Positions 12,470 to 25,021 of a DNA stretch of 53,640 nt are shown in pieces. Within the stretch, counting starts at the first letter, position 1. Each line of letters begins with the position of its first letter. The notes under the pieces were generated by a model. That model saw nothing but the letters and a program-made list of their open reading frames with translations, was not told the DNA's origin and did no database searches. Source of the DNA: Balamuthia mandrillaris (lineage: Eukaryota); assembly GCA_031835245.2 (NCBI GenBank), contig JAVKOQ020000055.1, forward strand, positions 186,001-239,640. Direction: 5' to 3'. A program made the position numbers and the translations under genes.

Positions 12470-12900
12470 TTTGGAGTCTCTCCCACAGTGAGTTGGCACG
12501 CTACTCGCAACCATCGGATGCCTCGCGAAAAATGACCGAACGAGGAGTTAGCGTGCCAACTCACCAACTGTTGCCGAACTCCAATTTAGGTTCAGCAATC
12601 CGGAACGTGCACAAATGATTTTACCAAGATGAGCAAGGGAGAGTTTCTCTCCGGACCAAGCTCGTTAGGTTGCCATCAAGCGCTGGGGTGCCCACAGTGT
12701 TCATATGTAGTTTGCCATGCGAACTCCTTCTAAAGCATTCCACATTCTTCGTCTCGCGCCATGAAGCTTCTTCTTCGTCAACGGAGTCCGCTAGCTTCTT
12801 GCCTTTGTCGTTTCGCTTCCTCTTTTCGCAGGATGGATAGCCGAACATCTTCCAGCAGCTTCTGCTTGGGTGGTTCAGTTGTTACATTGTCGGCAGGGAG
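12470..12900 (-). pseudogene. Decayed fragments of a paralog of the neighbouring receptor kinase ectodomain
   Basis: 12557-12618 resembles 15742-15811 (CAACTCACCAACTGTT.GCCGAACTCCAA...GTTCAGCAATCC). 12513-12547 resembles 15449-15485 (ATCGGA.GCCTCGCGAA.AATGA...AACGAGGAG). GTPALDG echoes DTPALNG of the intact gene. Confidence 0.6.
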
Positions 12901-12968
12901 AGAAATTCGGTCCGTAGGTTGACCGCCTGAAGGGCATTGAGTATGCTCTGCTGTCCATCTCTGCTTGC

Positions 12969-13150
12969 AGTTGTTTCTCAACTTCATTCTTCTGCATTTC
13001 TTGTTATTAGGCTCTCTCGTTGTTGCAATTGATGAAAGCCACAAAACTAAGAAAGGATGAAAGAATTCATTCGTAGGCAGAAAGAACGACCTTCCTTCCT
13101 CATCACTTATTTTTTTAAAACACATAAACTACACATCGTGTTTAACAGAA
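12969..13150 (+). repeat. Direct repeat copy 2, including a candidate terminal TM exon (12971-13060)
   Basis: GCAG acceptor followed by LFLNFILLHFLLLGSLVVAIDESHKTKKG*; matches 10352-10452. Confidence 0.85.
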
Positions 13151-13155
13151 GTTAG

Positions 13156-16100
13156 CTATGACTTCATGTCAAGAAGAGCTTTCTTCAACAACTTGTGCAA
13201 GGTGGAGAAGCTGGGGCGATCCTCTGGGTCCTGCTGGAAGCATTGCTGCATGAGCTCGGCAAAGATGGGTGGTGTGCCTTCTGGTGGCTGCAAACAAAGT
13301 CCTTTGCTGGCCACCTGCACCGACACCTGCGTGACCTTCAGGTGAGAATAAGGCATTTGTCCCATGCTGGCCATCTCCCACAACAACACCCCAAAGGCCC
13401 ACACATCCGATTTGGTGGAGTAGACTTGCTCGCGCAAGCTCTCTGGCGCCTGTGAGGAGGAATAGAGAATGACGATGAATGAGCATGCGGATGAGCAGCA
13501 CAAAAGGAAGAAAGGAGGAAAGCCAAATGAACGAACCATCCAACGAATGGGACCCATGTTCGACACGGTTTTGTGTTGGTCCTCCTCGGCGTTCAACACG
13601 CGAGACATGCCAAAGTCTGCCACTTTGCCCTCCAATGTCTCCGTCAACAACACATTCCTGGCAGACAAGTCGCAGTGGATGATCTTCTCCTCATGCAAGT
13701 GTTGCATGCCTGCTGCGATCCCTCTCGCAATGCTCACCATCTCCTTCTCCCCCAATTGCTTCCCTTCCTCACTTTGCAAGAACCTCAACAAGCTGCCTTT
13801 GGGCATGAGCTCCGTGATGATACACAAGGGATGGTCTTCCTCCAAGCACACTCCCAACAACAGCACTACATTGCTGTGAGGTCGGAGGTTTTGCATCAGT
13901 TCTACTTCTTGCCGGAACTCCTTGAGCTGTTCTTCCGTGAGGTTGTTGAGCATCTTGATGGCCACATCGGTCAGTCGCCAAGTGCCCCGGTAGACCACTC
14001 CGAAGGAGCCTTGGCCGATCTGTTCCCCAAACTCCAGGTCTTTGAATCGAATGGCGAACCCTCCTTCACTGCCTGCTCCGTTCTTCTTGTTTGATTTGGC
14101 AGAAGAATATGCGCGTATCTTCTTTTGGTGATGCTTGTTGGTGTTGAAGGTGCTATACAATCCGGGTTCCAATTCCATGGCCTCTTGCATCTCCTCTTTT
14201 TTCTGTTTCCGCTTCTTCTTCATCATTCGCATTAACACTATTGCCACCACAACCACCAAGAACACGAACAGCAACCCTCCAACAGCCGCTGGCGCAGCAA
14301 TGGCAGCTACAGGCACATCATCGCTCTCCTCTTTGTCATCGTACTCATCTGTAGCATTTACTGCCAAATGGATTGCGGCTTGGAAGACCAACCTCTCTTC
14401 AAACAAGGGGAGCTTCACGGTCATGAGTTGTCGGATACCATCAGCGAAGAAGGAGAGTGGCTCGTTGACACCGTTCAAAGCGGGAGTATCCACCCACAAT
14501 ATAGTGTGGCGGGTGGCCATGCTGGTTCTCCACCAACCTCCTTCACCGCCTCGCTCCTCAAGGACCATATCGCTGTTGGTGTGCCTCTCTGTTCTCAGTT
14601 CTGGTTGATCTGTCACCATTAACCGACCATCTTGGCTGAAGAGCTCCATCACCAATTCCAATCTCTCCGTCTCCGGCTTGAACGTCCAATGATCAAACAC
14701 AAGCTGGATGTACAATGTGCTATTATCGGGCACGTGTTCCTCGATCGAAGCAGAAAAAAGGGAAGCGTTCCAAGCGCGAGAATCTCCAAGGCTGAACCGT
14801 CCTTCCAAGGACAAGTCTTGCACCGCTGATGATGATGAGAGAATTAACATCCGCTCATCCATGACCTCGGGCTCGAACTCTGCATCGATCGGAATGATCA
14901 TCTTATTAAGCTCCGTCCCGTTGGCGGATAACTCCACCACTCTCACTAACACTACTTCCAACTGATACGCTTCCAATAGCACGTCCTTTTCCTCCGTGTC
15001 GGTGGCATCAGCATTACCGTTGTCCAAGGGGATGATCTGATAATTTAAAGAAGAACCTGGAAAGACCACTGTCATGCTTTCAGAGGCCAAGTGCTGAAAG
15101 GTAGTGGTCAATAAGATAGTCGATTGTTCTACAGGCATCCTGGTGTTCAATTGAGGAGGTGAACTCTCCCCAAACTGGATTTGTAAGGATCGATAGCCGC
15201 TGAAGGAGGAAGTACCAGGAAAAAAGAAGAGGAGGTTGGCCGTGGTGGTGGCGGGAGAGAAGGGCACTGGGTTGGGAGTTAAGGAGTAGAGCGTGAAATC
15301 TTCTCCTTCCACTGCTGTTCCCACAATCTGAAAGGGAACCAAGACGGGATCCCACGGTGGCAGCGATACCTCTACAGCCACCTTTAATGGGCAGCGTTTG
15401 CAAGTTAGCAAGGAAAAGAATAATATGTCAGGAAATGCGGTACCGTGAGATCGGACGCCTCGCGAAGAATGAATAAACGAGGAGCTTGCAGAGTGAGGAA
15501 GGGTCGTGGGTCGCCAAGCAAGGCCACGCAAAAAGTGCCTTCTCTGTCTGATGATGCCGAAAGTTCGACATTTCTGCTTGCACTGCTAGTCGGGGTTTCC
15601 ACCTTTGCCGTTGGCAAGCTTTTCCAGCCTTCGTCGTCGTTGTTAAGGGCAACAAAAGAAATGCTTTCTGCTTGCTGTTTGTGGTGGAAGTATGTGGAAG
15701 TTAACACAAAAAAATATATAGTTAGGTTGTGAGAAGCGTGGCAACTCACCAACTGTTTGCCGAACTCCAACTCCATATTTAAGTTCAGCAATCCTTCCAT
15801 TTGAACAAATGTCTCGTTGTGCACTGTCTCATTATTGTGACGGAAAATAACCTCAACGCAAGGACCCAACAACTTGGTTTCGTTGTAGAAGCTGTGAGGA
15901 AAGATTGGTTGGTGGAGCTTAGCAAAGTCCACTTTGCTGACCTTGAGTTGCGTTTCATCGGGTAACTGGGAGCTGTCCACCACAATACTGCCGAAAAATT
16001 CATCCGTGTCCCAGTTTTTCAAAGGCAATTCCTGTTGTTGAGCGATGAAAACATGGTGAGAAAGAAAACAAAACCGAGAACGAGAACGAGAACAACAACA

Positions 16101-18883
16101 AAGAAGCCTACAAAACTAGAAGAATTAGTAAATGAAACCAACCTGTATGCCCGAAGATGAAGGATGCTTGTAAAATGACAGCGGTGCCACTTTGATGGAC
16201 AAGAGGAGGCTCGGGCACTCGCCTGATATACAGCTCCCGTCCCAACATTTGACCTTATCAGCACCGCAATACGGCTGAGATGGCGTACAGTCTTCTCCCT
16301 GCCAAGGATAGCGGCATGAGGATCGAACAGCAGGCAAGAAATACAAACAGAAATAACAACATGTGCAGAAGAAAAAGAGAAGAAGAAGAGAAGATTTGAA
16401 GCAAAACTTACCTGTGGCGCACAAGTTGCATCCGGACAGAGTCTTGAAGAAATGGGACACAGGTCCACGGAACTGGGACACTTGAAAGCTTCTCTACAAA
16501 CGCCATCCTCGCACAGCTCTTGCTCTGCCTCGCACGTCGGTCCCATAGGGCATTCTTCCGCTGTTGCTCTGCAAACTCCGTTTGGACATCTGTTTAATAT
16601 CCACACATATATTTGTGTTGATCATCAAACTCGAAAGCAACAAAAAACAGTAGACAAACTAGGAACGAACCGGAAAGGTAGCTGCAAGGAGCATGGCACT
16701 GATGGACAATCTGCCATGGTGGAACTACAAGAGCCGTCGCAACACATGACCTTGCTTTGGCTACAGGGCAACTTAGCTTTGGCTTGGCAATCCTCGCAGC
16801 GGGAGGCGCATTCTCCATTGAAGCACGTGATATTGCCCATCTCCCAACAGTCTTTCTTCAAGTTGGTGCATGTGTTTGGGTTATCCACGCATAACAGTGA
16901 GCCACATCTTGTTGTTTGTAACGTTATGTGTGTTGTTATTTTCAGGGGCAGGTTAATCACTGACAAGAATTTGAGAACGAAAACCGCACCGAAAAGGATC
17001 AGATGGAGGACAAATGGGAGGAGGGGTAAGCAGTGGGCAGCCATCAAAGTAATTACATTCTAATCGTAAAGAATGCATGCCCGAAGTGCCTATGAGAAAT
17101 GCATTAAGAAGCGAAGCGGAAAAGCAGAAGCAAAGCGAAGACAAGCAAGAAAGAAAGAAAGAAACGACAAGAAAATGAAAGAAAGCAAGAAAGAAACGAC
17201 AAGAAAGAAAGAAGTCAACAAAGAATAAGAGGCAAGGCAAGAAGGAAGATGTACCCCGGCAAAAAGGAGTATTGGTGGGACGATGAACAGTCAGGCCGTG
17301 CCAACAGCGAGCCTCTCCGATGAATTGGTCAACAGCAGGTTGCATATCTTTACTGGCCTCTAGCCTTAACCGATGATGCACAGACATCGTCGTTCCATTC
17401 CATCCACCGACTATCCACAGTACGAGTTGGGTAGTGTCCACGAACATAGAATGACCACTGCGAGGAAGTAGCTCGGATTGGGGAGATAGGGTGGTCCAGT
17501 TGGCGTGCTTCGTGTCATATCGGATCAAGTAGTTGTAGACGTTTTGACCAGTGGTGACGCCTCCGTGAAAGAAGAGGAATTGATCCAAGATTGCACCTTC
17601 TGCGTTCATAGCAGCGTTGCCTGGTGGCCGTGATAGTTGCATCCAATTGCTGCTATCTGTTGTTTTGTTTATTTATTTATTTTTTTTTGTATAACATAAA
17701 GTTGAGAAGCAGACCAAGATCAAGAAGAAGAACGGAGAAGGATGAAGGGAAAGCGAAAGAATAACGTGAAGAGCGAGAACACCTAAACAGACAACACATC
17801 TGCAACTTCCTTACCGATATCAAATTCCCACAAATCTCTGAAATAGACGTCGCCGTTGTGTCCTCCATAGGCATAAATCTTTTGGTTCAAGTGCAACGTG
17901 TCGTGGTGAAACCTTTGTGGGGGCCTTAGGCTAACGGTCAGCTTCTGCCACACGTGTGTTTTAGTGTCTTTAAAACAAGTATCATCAACAGGCAGGGTCA
18001 AACACAGTAAAAGGAGGAGGAGGAGGAGGAGGAGGAGGAGGAAGAAGAAGAAGAAGAAGAAGAAGAAGAAGAAGAAGAAGAAGAAGAAGAAGAAGAAGAA
18101 GAAGAAGAAGAAGAAGAAGAAGAAGAAGAAGAAGAAGAAGAACAACAACAACAACAAGAAGAAGAAGAAGAAGAAGAAGAAGAAGAAGAAGAAGAAGAAG
18201 AAGAAGAAGAAGAAGAAGAAGAAGAAGAAGAAGAAGAAGAAGAATAAGAAGAAGAAGAAGAAGAAGAACAAAAGAACAAGAAGAACAAGAACAAGAAGAA
18301 GAACAAGAAGAAGAAGAAGAAGAAGAACAAGAAGAACAAGAACAAGAAGAAGAACAAGAAGAAGAAGAAGAAGAAGACAAAAACAAAAAGGAGATGTTTA
18401 ACATAGAGGATGAGGACAACCTAACGTATGAACCTGGTTGGAATAGGTATTGCCTGAATTTGAGTCGGACCCTCCAAAGTGATAGATGATGTCTCCAACC
18501 ACGCTGGCGTGCCCCCAGTGCAGTTTCGAGGGAGGACTGCCCGCCGTTGTGATTTGTCGACAGGTCTTTGTGTCTGCACAGCTTTTGGTTAAAGCCTTTC
18601 ACTCCTACCAACAACTGAAGAAGAAATAAAGAAAGGCAGACGGACCAAAGTTATAAACCCAAGGGTTAGGTTGGTTATTGATGAACCACACCTCGTTGGT
18701 GGACTCGATGTAGGCCTCGATCGACGGGTTGCCGCTGTCCGCACCGCAGCTGCCCATATAACTCCATGCCAGGAAAAATTCGGCTTGGGTTGGCCCCAAC
18801 GCAAACAACCACAAAGAGAGCAAAAAGGAGGCCGAGAGCGTCGCCCTTCGAGACGTACCGCTTTGCCTGCTTGCGTGCTGCAT
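13156..18883 (-). CDS. Receptor tyrosine-kinase-like protein: signal peptide, Kelch repeats, Cys-rich repeats, Calx-beta-like segment, TM, kinase
   Basis: Signal ...LLSLWLFALGPTQA. Kelch KIYAYGGHNGDVYFRDLWEFD and PRSGHSM..WIVGGWNG. CxDGxC repeats. TM AIAAPAAVGGLLFVFLVVVVAIVLM. Kinase IGQGSFGVVYRG, VAIK, HCDLSARN, DFG, GPIRWM|APE, SDVWAFG. Confidence 0.92.
18012..18377. repeat. (GAG)n(GAA)n trinucleotide microsatellite in a kinase intron
   Basis: Directly visible; reads (TTC)n on the coding strand. Confidence 0.95.
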
Positions 18884-19290
18884 GTTGTTTTCCGTGGTTT
18901 GTTTTTATGTGACCGGAGACTCCAAAATAAATGGCAACTCATTTTAGCTCGTAATTAATGCACTAAAAAGTTGGACTAACAAAGACCAGGGAAGTTGATG
19001 GGGCCTATGTTGTCACGTTGTGGAATTTGTTCTGCACTGGTGCTGGTTTTGTGCTGTTATTCTCGTTCAGTTCTGTGCAAACCATAACTCTCAACGTGGT
19101 AAAGCGTCAGTGGTCGTTCCTTTCCTCTTCGTCTTTTTTTTATCATTATGCATGATCGGGCGTGAGAATTAATTTTCCTGGAAGAATTTTACATAACCGC
19201 GTCGTCATGATAGTATTTGATTCCTCTCTTGTGCTCTTCGCGAGCACAAGTTGTACAACAACAGACAAGACCAAAGCCGAAGAAAGAAAA

Positions 19291-19617
19291 ATGGGCGGAG
19301 GAGGAACAAGCTGGCACCCCGGCACGGGAGAACCCATCACCTATCGCGGCGTCACCCTGAAACGCCCGCACGTATTCTACACCCGTACGGCAAGCGTCAT
19401 CGGTTGCGCTTTGTGGCTGTGGGTCTTTTCCAACTTGCGAGCAGAATATTGGGTTCGTTTATTTTTTTTGTGATGATTTCAATCCCTCATTCACTAATTC
19501 ATGTGTTTTTTTTAAAATTTTATCATACTACCAAAAACACTATTTTTTTTTCAGCCTTTCTTGAAAGGAGAAATCTTTGGAAAACCCAAAAACCCTCACT
19601 CGTCTTCTCACCACTGA
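19291..19617 (+). CDS. NDUFB2: Mitochondrial complex I subunit B2 (AGGG), 2 exons (19291-19452, 19555-19617)
   Basis: MGGGGTSWHPGTGEPITYRGVTLKRPHVFYTRTASVIGCALWLWVFSNLRAEYW|PFLKGEIFGKPKNPHSSSHH*. Fits the plant/protist AGGG pattern (MGGG, TYxGVT, xLWxW, His-rich tail). Confidence 0.75.
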
Positions 19618-19801
19618 ACAACCTCCCCTGGTTCTCAAACCACGTTTTAACCGCAATCATCTTTTTTTTTTGGTCCCTCCAACGGCGATCCGAACCCCAA
19701 ACTCCAACAACAAGACTTTATTATTGTTCCGCTCTCGGAAAATAAGCGAGCTGAGACGCCGTTTCTTTTAATATACACGTACTTACTCCGCTTCTCTCTG
19801 T

Positions 19802-21497
19802 TTAGCTGCTGCTCTCTTTGTCATCTACGTGCTTTGTTTTGGTTGCTGATGTTGTGGCGACGACCTTGCTTGGCGGTTCTTCCTTGGCCAGAGAAGAAGG
19901 AAGAGAAGCAGAGTGAGAAGAAGCAGAGGAAGAATGGATTGGAGCTGATTGAGAGAGAACCTCGTTCTCTTTGAGCAGCACCACTAGCGCCTTTTCCAAT
20001 GGCAGCACGCGACCGTCTTTGCGATAGAGCTTTCCTCCCAACATCTTGTTTTGCTTCCATTTGCCTTCATATCTCTCTCCTTTTTGGGTTTGCTTGGTCG
20101 TTAGAGAAGAAAGAAGAAAAGGAGAAGAAGAAAGACAGGAAGCAACAGGAATAGAAAAAAAGAAGTCTCCAACAAAAACCAAGGTTTACCTGTGGGAAAG
20201 TGGAGAGTGCCTTTGCCATCCCTCTTGTCGGCCTCCCAATGACCGTCGTACTTGCGGCCATCGATGAAGTGCTTCACGCCTTGGCCATGCATATTGCCCA
20301 CTCGCCACTCGCCCATGTACTTCTCGCCGGAGGCCCACGTGAAGATCCCATAGCCATGAAAGCCGTCGTTCTCGAAGCTGCCTTGGTACTTGTTCCCACT
20401 GTTGAAGTACTTTACTCCTTCTCCGTGCATATCGCCTTTGTTTTGTTTTTGTTTGTTAGAAAACGTTTTTTCTTTTTGCGTTTTGCGAGGAGTTCAACAA
20501 ACGAACCTTCTCTCCATTCGCCAACATATTTCTCCCCGTCGGCCCAAGTGAAGGTGCCTGTTCCATGAAACTGGCCATCCTTGAACTCGCCGTCGTAGCG
20601 GTTTCCGCTGGCGAACGTGCGAACGCCTTTTCCATGGGAGGAGTTATCCTTCCAGCTGCCAATGTATTGCCCTCCATCAGCATAGTTGATCACGCCATAG
20701 CCGCAAAACTTTCCTCTTTCCAAGTCTCCTTCATAACGATTTCCGCTTGGGTATAACTTTGTGCCTTTGAACAAGGTGGAAGAAGCAAATAAATACGAAC
20801 AAAAGGACGAGACAAAAGCAATGAGAGAGAGAGAGAAAGAGAAGAAACCTTTCCCATGAGGTTCTCCGTTCTGCCAATCTCCAGTGTAGATTTGTCCATT
20901 GGTTGAGATGAAAGTTGCTGGACCGCTATAATTGCCTATCTGCTGCTTCTCCAGAAATACTCTCTGAGGCACCACAAAACAATCCGTAAGAGAGGACATA
21001 AAAATGTAGTAGGAGGAGTGGAAAGAGAAACAATAAGAACTCGAAAAAGAAAAGGCCGAGCAATAGGTAATGAAGAGAAAACAAAGAATGAAGCAGAGAA
21101 TAAGACAAACCGCTTTGCTTTTGTACAACCACTCCCATGACTTGCCCAACCGTTTATGGAGTGCGAGCTGTTCCTCGCTTTCATGGCGAAACCTATAAAG
21201 GCACAGTCTCTTCCACAGGCTGCTCTCCATGCTAACGTCCCGGAACAAGGTGCACACCTGACGCACTATCCACAGTTCATTCGCCGTCAAAAAGGATAGC
21301 AGGTGCACAATCATCTCGCGCGGCAGCATCGCAAAGAGGCCCAAGGATAGCGAAAAGCGTAGACCATGTTGCTACAAAGGAAAAAAACAGGGTAAGAAAG
21401 AGAAGAACATATATGAAACGAAACGTAGCACAATAAGAGCACTCACGACAGAATGAAATGAGAGAAGAGAAAACGAGGGAACGAAAGAACGAGAGAG

Positions 21498-21540
<43 letters not shown>

Positions 21541-22134
21541 GAGACAAACGAAATACATGCCTGTGCGATGTACAACATCTTTTGCATGACGCTGACGTGG
21601 TTGACAAAGTCTCTAAACACAAGGGGGTCGACCAGCTGCGCCAGCACCGCGTTCTCCTGGGCACGCGGCAGCAGCTGTTGAGCCTGCAGCAGCACCGTCA
21701 TCGCCTTTTGGAGCTCCACCTCCTCCGAGAGGAGCGGCGAGCGGCTTCCTTTGTCCTTGTTGTGGTCGTGGCTTTTGTGGCTTGTACCTTTGGTGGAGAG
21801 AGGCACCGCCACACGTTCATCGCTGAACGACGACGACGACGAGACCTCCTTCTCCCGTGCTTTGTCTAATGCTCGCTTTCGCTTCTCTTTGAAAAAAACA
21901 AAGTGATTACATTGAAACAACACTTAAAAGCAACAAACCAACCTTGTTGTTGCGGTAAGTATAGAGGGCCGCTAGGTTTGTCTTTGTCCTTTGCGATAAC
22001 GTGGTGTTGCTTCTGCAGCATTGCTCGCTCTTCAGACCTTTCTTTTTTTTTTTGTTGCCGAAACTCAAACTCTGGCTGACATGCATTGGTGCAGCTCCTG
22101 TGCTGCTTTGCCTTACATTTTTTGCGCTAGCCAT
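19802..22134 (-). CDS. F-box and MORN-repeat protein, multi-exon
   Basis: F-box FAMLPREMIVHLLSFLTANELWIVRQVCTLFRDVSMESSLWKRLC. Many MORN repeats (YEGDLERGKFCGYG, YDGEFKDGQFHGTG, YMGEWRVGNMHGQG). Start tentative. Confidence 0.88.
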
Positions 22135-22349
22135 TCCACTTGTTAGTTACAGTTGCGGATCGAACCGAAGGAAGGCGGGCTCATCTGCAAATAACGTTTT
22201 ACGTAACGGCCGATTTTCCCGCCAAAAACGGAATTTGGGCCCCTAAAAAGAAACTCGAAAAAAAAAAAGAGCTGCAAGCCAACCCTTTCGTACGTGCGAC
22301 GCGCAGAGAGAGAGACAGAGTTGCCGTTAACGTTACTTGACCTTCCACA

Positions 22350-24860
22350 ATGACGGACGGTACTGCTACTATAACATGCTTTTTTTTTTTTTTTTGCTTA
22401 AAACTTAAAGAACGGATAAACCATCAACCACCGAAAAACACAAACACATATGATATGACAAAAAAACAGAACTGCAAGGAGGGCTGCATGCCAAAGGAAA
22501 GAAGCAATTGCTCGAGTGGGTGAACTCCTTACTCGAAGCGGACTTTACGCAGGTGGAGCAGCTTGCTGGCGGGGCGGCCTACTGCCAAATGATGGACGCG
22601 CTCTACCCAGGTATGGTTTTTTCCCCTTCCTTTTCGCTTTCTTCCCTTTCTGTCAGGACAAAAACTCTAAATAATGCGATACGAACCTATGAAAAGGTTC
22701 TATTGCTTTGTCCAAGGTCAAGTTCGAACCATCAGCAACGTGGGAGTACGTTCATAACTTCAAACTTTTACAAAAAGCATTTGAAAAACAAAAGATCGAA
22801 AAGGTATCACCTCTCTTTCGTTCTCTCTCTCCTCTCTCTTTCTCTCCTTCTCTCTCTCTCTCTTTTTTTTATTTCTAACGAAAGAAAAAAAGCACATCGA
22901 CATAACAACTCTGGTGAGGGCCAAGTATCAAGACAACCTGGAGTTTCTACAGTGGATGAAGACCTTTTTTGATGACCGCGGAAAGCGAGACACCAAGTAC
23001 GAAGCCAAGAAGCGCAGAGAAGAGGCCATGCGCCCCGTTGTAGCCAAGAACGCCAACCTCAAACGTCGCGCCTCTTCCATTGGTACAGTTTCTTTTCATG
23101 TTTGTGTTCGTTGTTGCTATCTCAACTGATGAGTTTGCTGGTTGATTCTTTTACTTTCATCAGTGAATGCTCGCAATGCTGCGCTTCGTGATCCAAGAAG
23201 AAGCTCGGTTGCAGTGTCTCGTCTTTCCTCCAAACCTACGGACAAGAAACGAAAGGATCATATGGAGGAAGACAAAGAAGATGGAGTAGAAGACACTGAA
23301 AACAACAAAGAAAATGAGCTTCCTACTACAAACATGAATGAAGAATACACTGAGGACTTGGGTGAAGAAAAGGAAGAAATTGAGCCAGAGAAGGCTGTCT
23401 TTGTAGTTCCAAAGAAGCAACCAACTCAGCAACCCAAGAAGCGGCTCGCCAAGCGAAAGAACAAGCTGCAACAAGGAGTTTCCAAAGCATCCATTCATTC
23501 TTCTAGCTCTTCCAACCAGCAAAAAGAAGAGACATCAAAAGACGAGGAAATAGAGGAACGACCCACAAAAGAGGAGGAGGAGGAAGAAGAAGAGGCTGCT
23601 GCACCTCAGCAACCAAAACAAACAATGGAAGCAGTAGAGAGGGAAAACATGATGACGCCCGAACAAACGACAACAACGAGCGCCATTCCAAGACCCCGTA
23701 GACCACGTCATTCGCTGTATCTTCGCTCCGCCGCTGAAGCGGCCATACAACTGAACAACCCGCTGCCTGCCCTGAGCACTCCTACCAAGATCCCTCTGCC
23801 AAAGACTTCTAAACGTGCTTCGCTTCCTTCCTCCGTTGCCTTGTCCTTCTCTTCTTCGTCATCCTCTTCGCCAACGGCATCTCCGAGACGTGCCCTCTCT
23901 CCCGCTGCGGCAATGGCCTCTGCTGAGACGAGAATTCCTTTACCCTCATCGTTCACCTTTTCTGCCTCTTCTCTTTCGCCATCCGCTTCTCCCATGAAGA
24001 AAGCTGCCAACAATAGCAACACAAACAAAAACAACGAGACGAAGACGGAGGTTATCAAACAACAACTGGAAGAACTGCGTTTGGAAGATGAAGATGATTT
24101 GCTTAGTTCCGACGAGTTGAGTGAAGCAGTGCCAAGCGAGGTCGAAAAAGAAGACTCTGCCAACGAGGCAGAAGAAGACGAAGCGGTACCATCTTCAGAC
24201 GTTGGAGAAGAGGAACAAGAAGCAGAAGAAAAACAGGAAGAGGAGGAGGAGGAAGACGAAAAGGCAAAGGTTAAGGAGAAATACACTGTTGCTCCCAGCA
24301 AAAAGAGGCAGCAGATTCCTTCGGCCACCAAGTCAACGACTGGACCTCAAGCCTCTTCCTCGCAGAGAAGAGGAGCTCCTATCTCTACCCTTAAACGCGG
24401 CAGAGGCTCGACCACCGCTCTGCCCAAAGCACAAAACGTGAAGAGAGTGCGTGCCAGCATCGCTACGCCTCAACAACGAAAATCGCTTCTTGTTACCAAC
24501 AAACAGAAAGACGCCGCCACCAGCAACAACACGTCCGGAAAACAAACCATTCGTAGAACTGCTGATTGTACGTTTCTCTTCTCTTCTTCCTTCTTCCCTC
24601 TTTCTTTATGATCTCCATTCTTACCTCTATTGCAACATCCAGTTGGGATTCGGGCAAGAAAGGTGGGTAGTGACCTCGTTCTTTTGTTGGAAGACATGGA
24701 GAAGGAAAACCAGATGCTTTACAACAAGCTGCAGCAGGTGGAGCAGCTTTGCAACAACCCTTCCTCCTTCTATCCCTCTGCTGAGTCCTTGGAGAGCACC
24801 AGCGGCACCGGCCAAGGCTCTCTTCTCATCGCCTCTCTCCGGGACATTCTTTACTCCTAA
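22350..24860 (+). CDS. EB1/RP-family microtubule end-binding protein with a very long linker
   Basis: CH domain LLEWVNSLL..VEQLAGGAAYCQMMDALYPG and RAKYQDNLEFLQWMKTFFD. C-terminal EBH-like LEDMEKENQMLYNKLQQVEQLC...LRDILYS*. About 480 aa of low-complexity linker in between. Confidence 0.88.
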
Positions 24861-25021
24861 AACCACGGACCAGTCTCCTCTCGTCCTTCTCTTCTCGTTC
24901 CCTTGTTTTGTACTGCCGTCTTAAGTGAGAGGCAGTTGTTTTTGTTTTTGTCCCTCATTATACGTCTTTGTTTATTTTGTTCTTATTCTTCCTCCTCTTC
25001 TTCATCTTCTCTGAGTTCTTC

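Noticed and set aside
17783..18614. Poly-K, poly-F, poly-L and poly-S ORFs
   Set aside because: They are translations of the intronic (GAA)n microsatellite.
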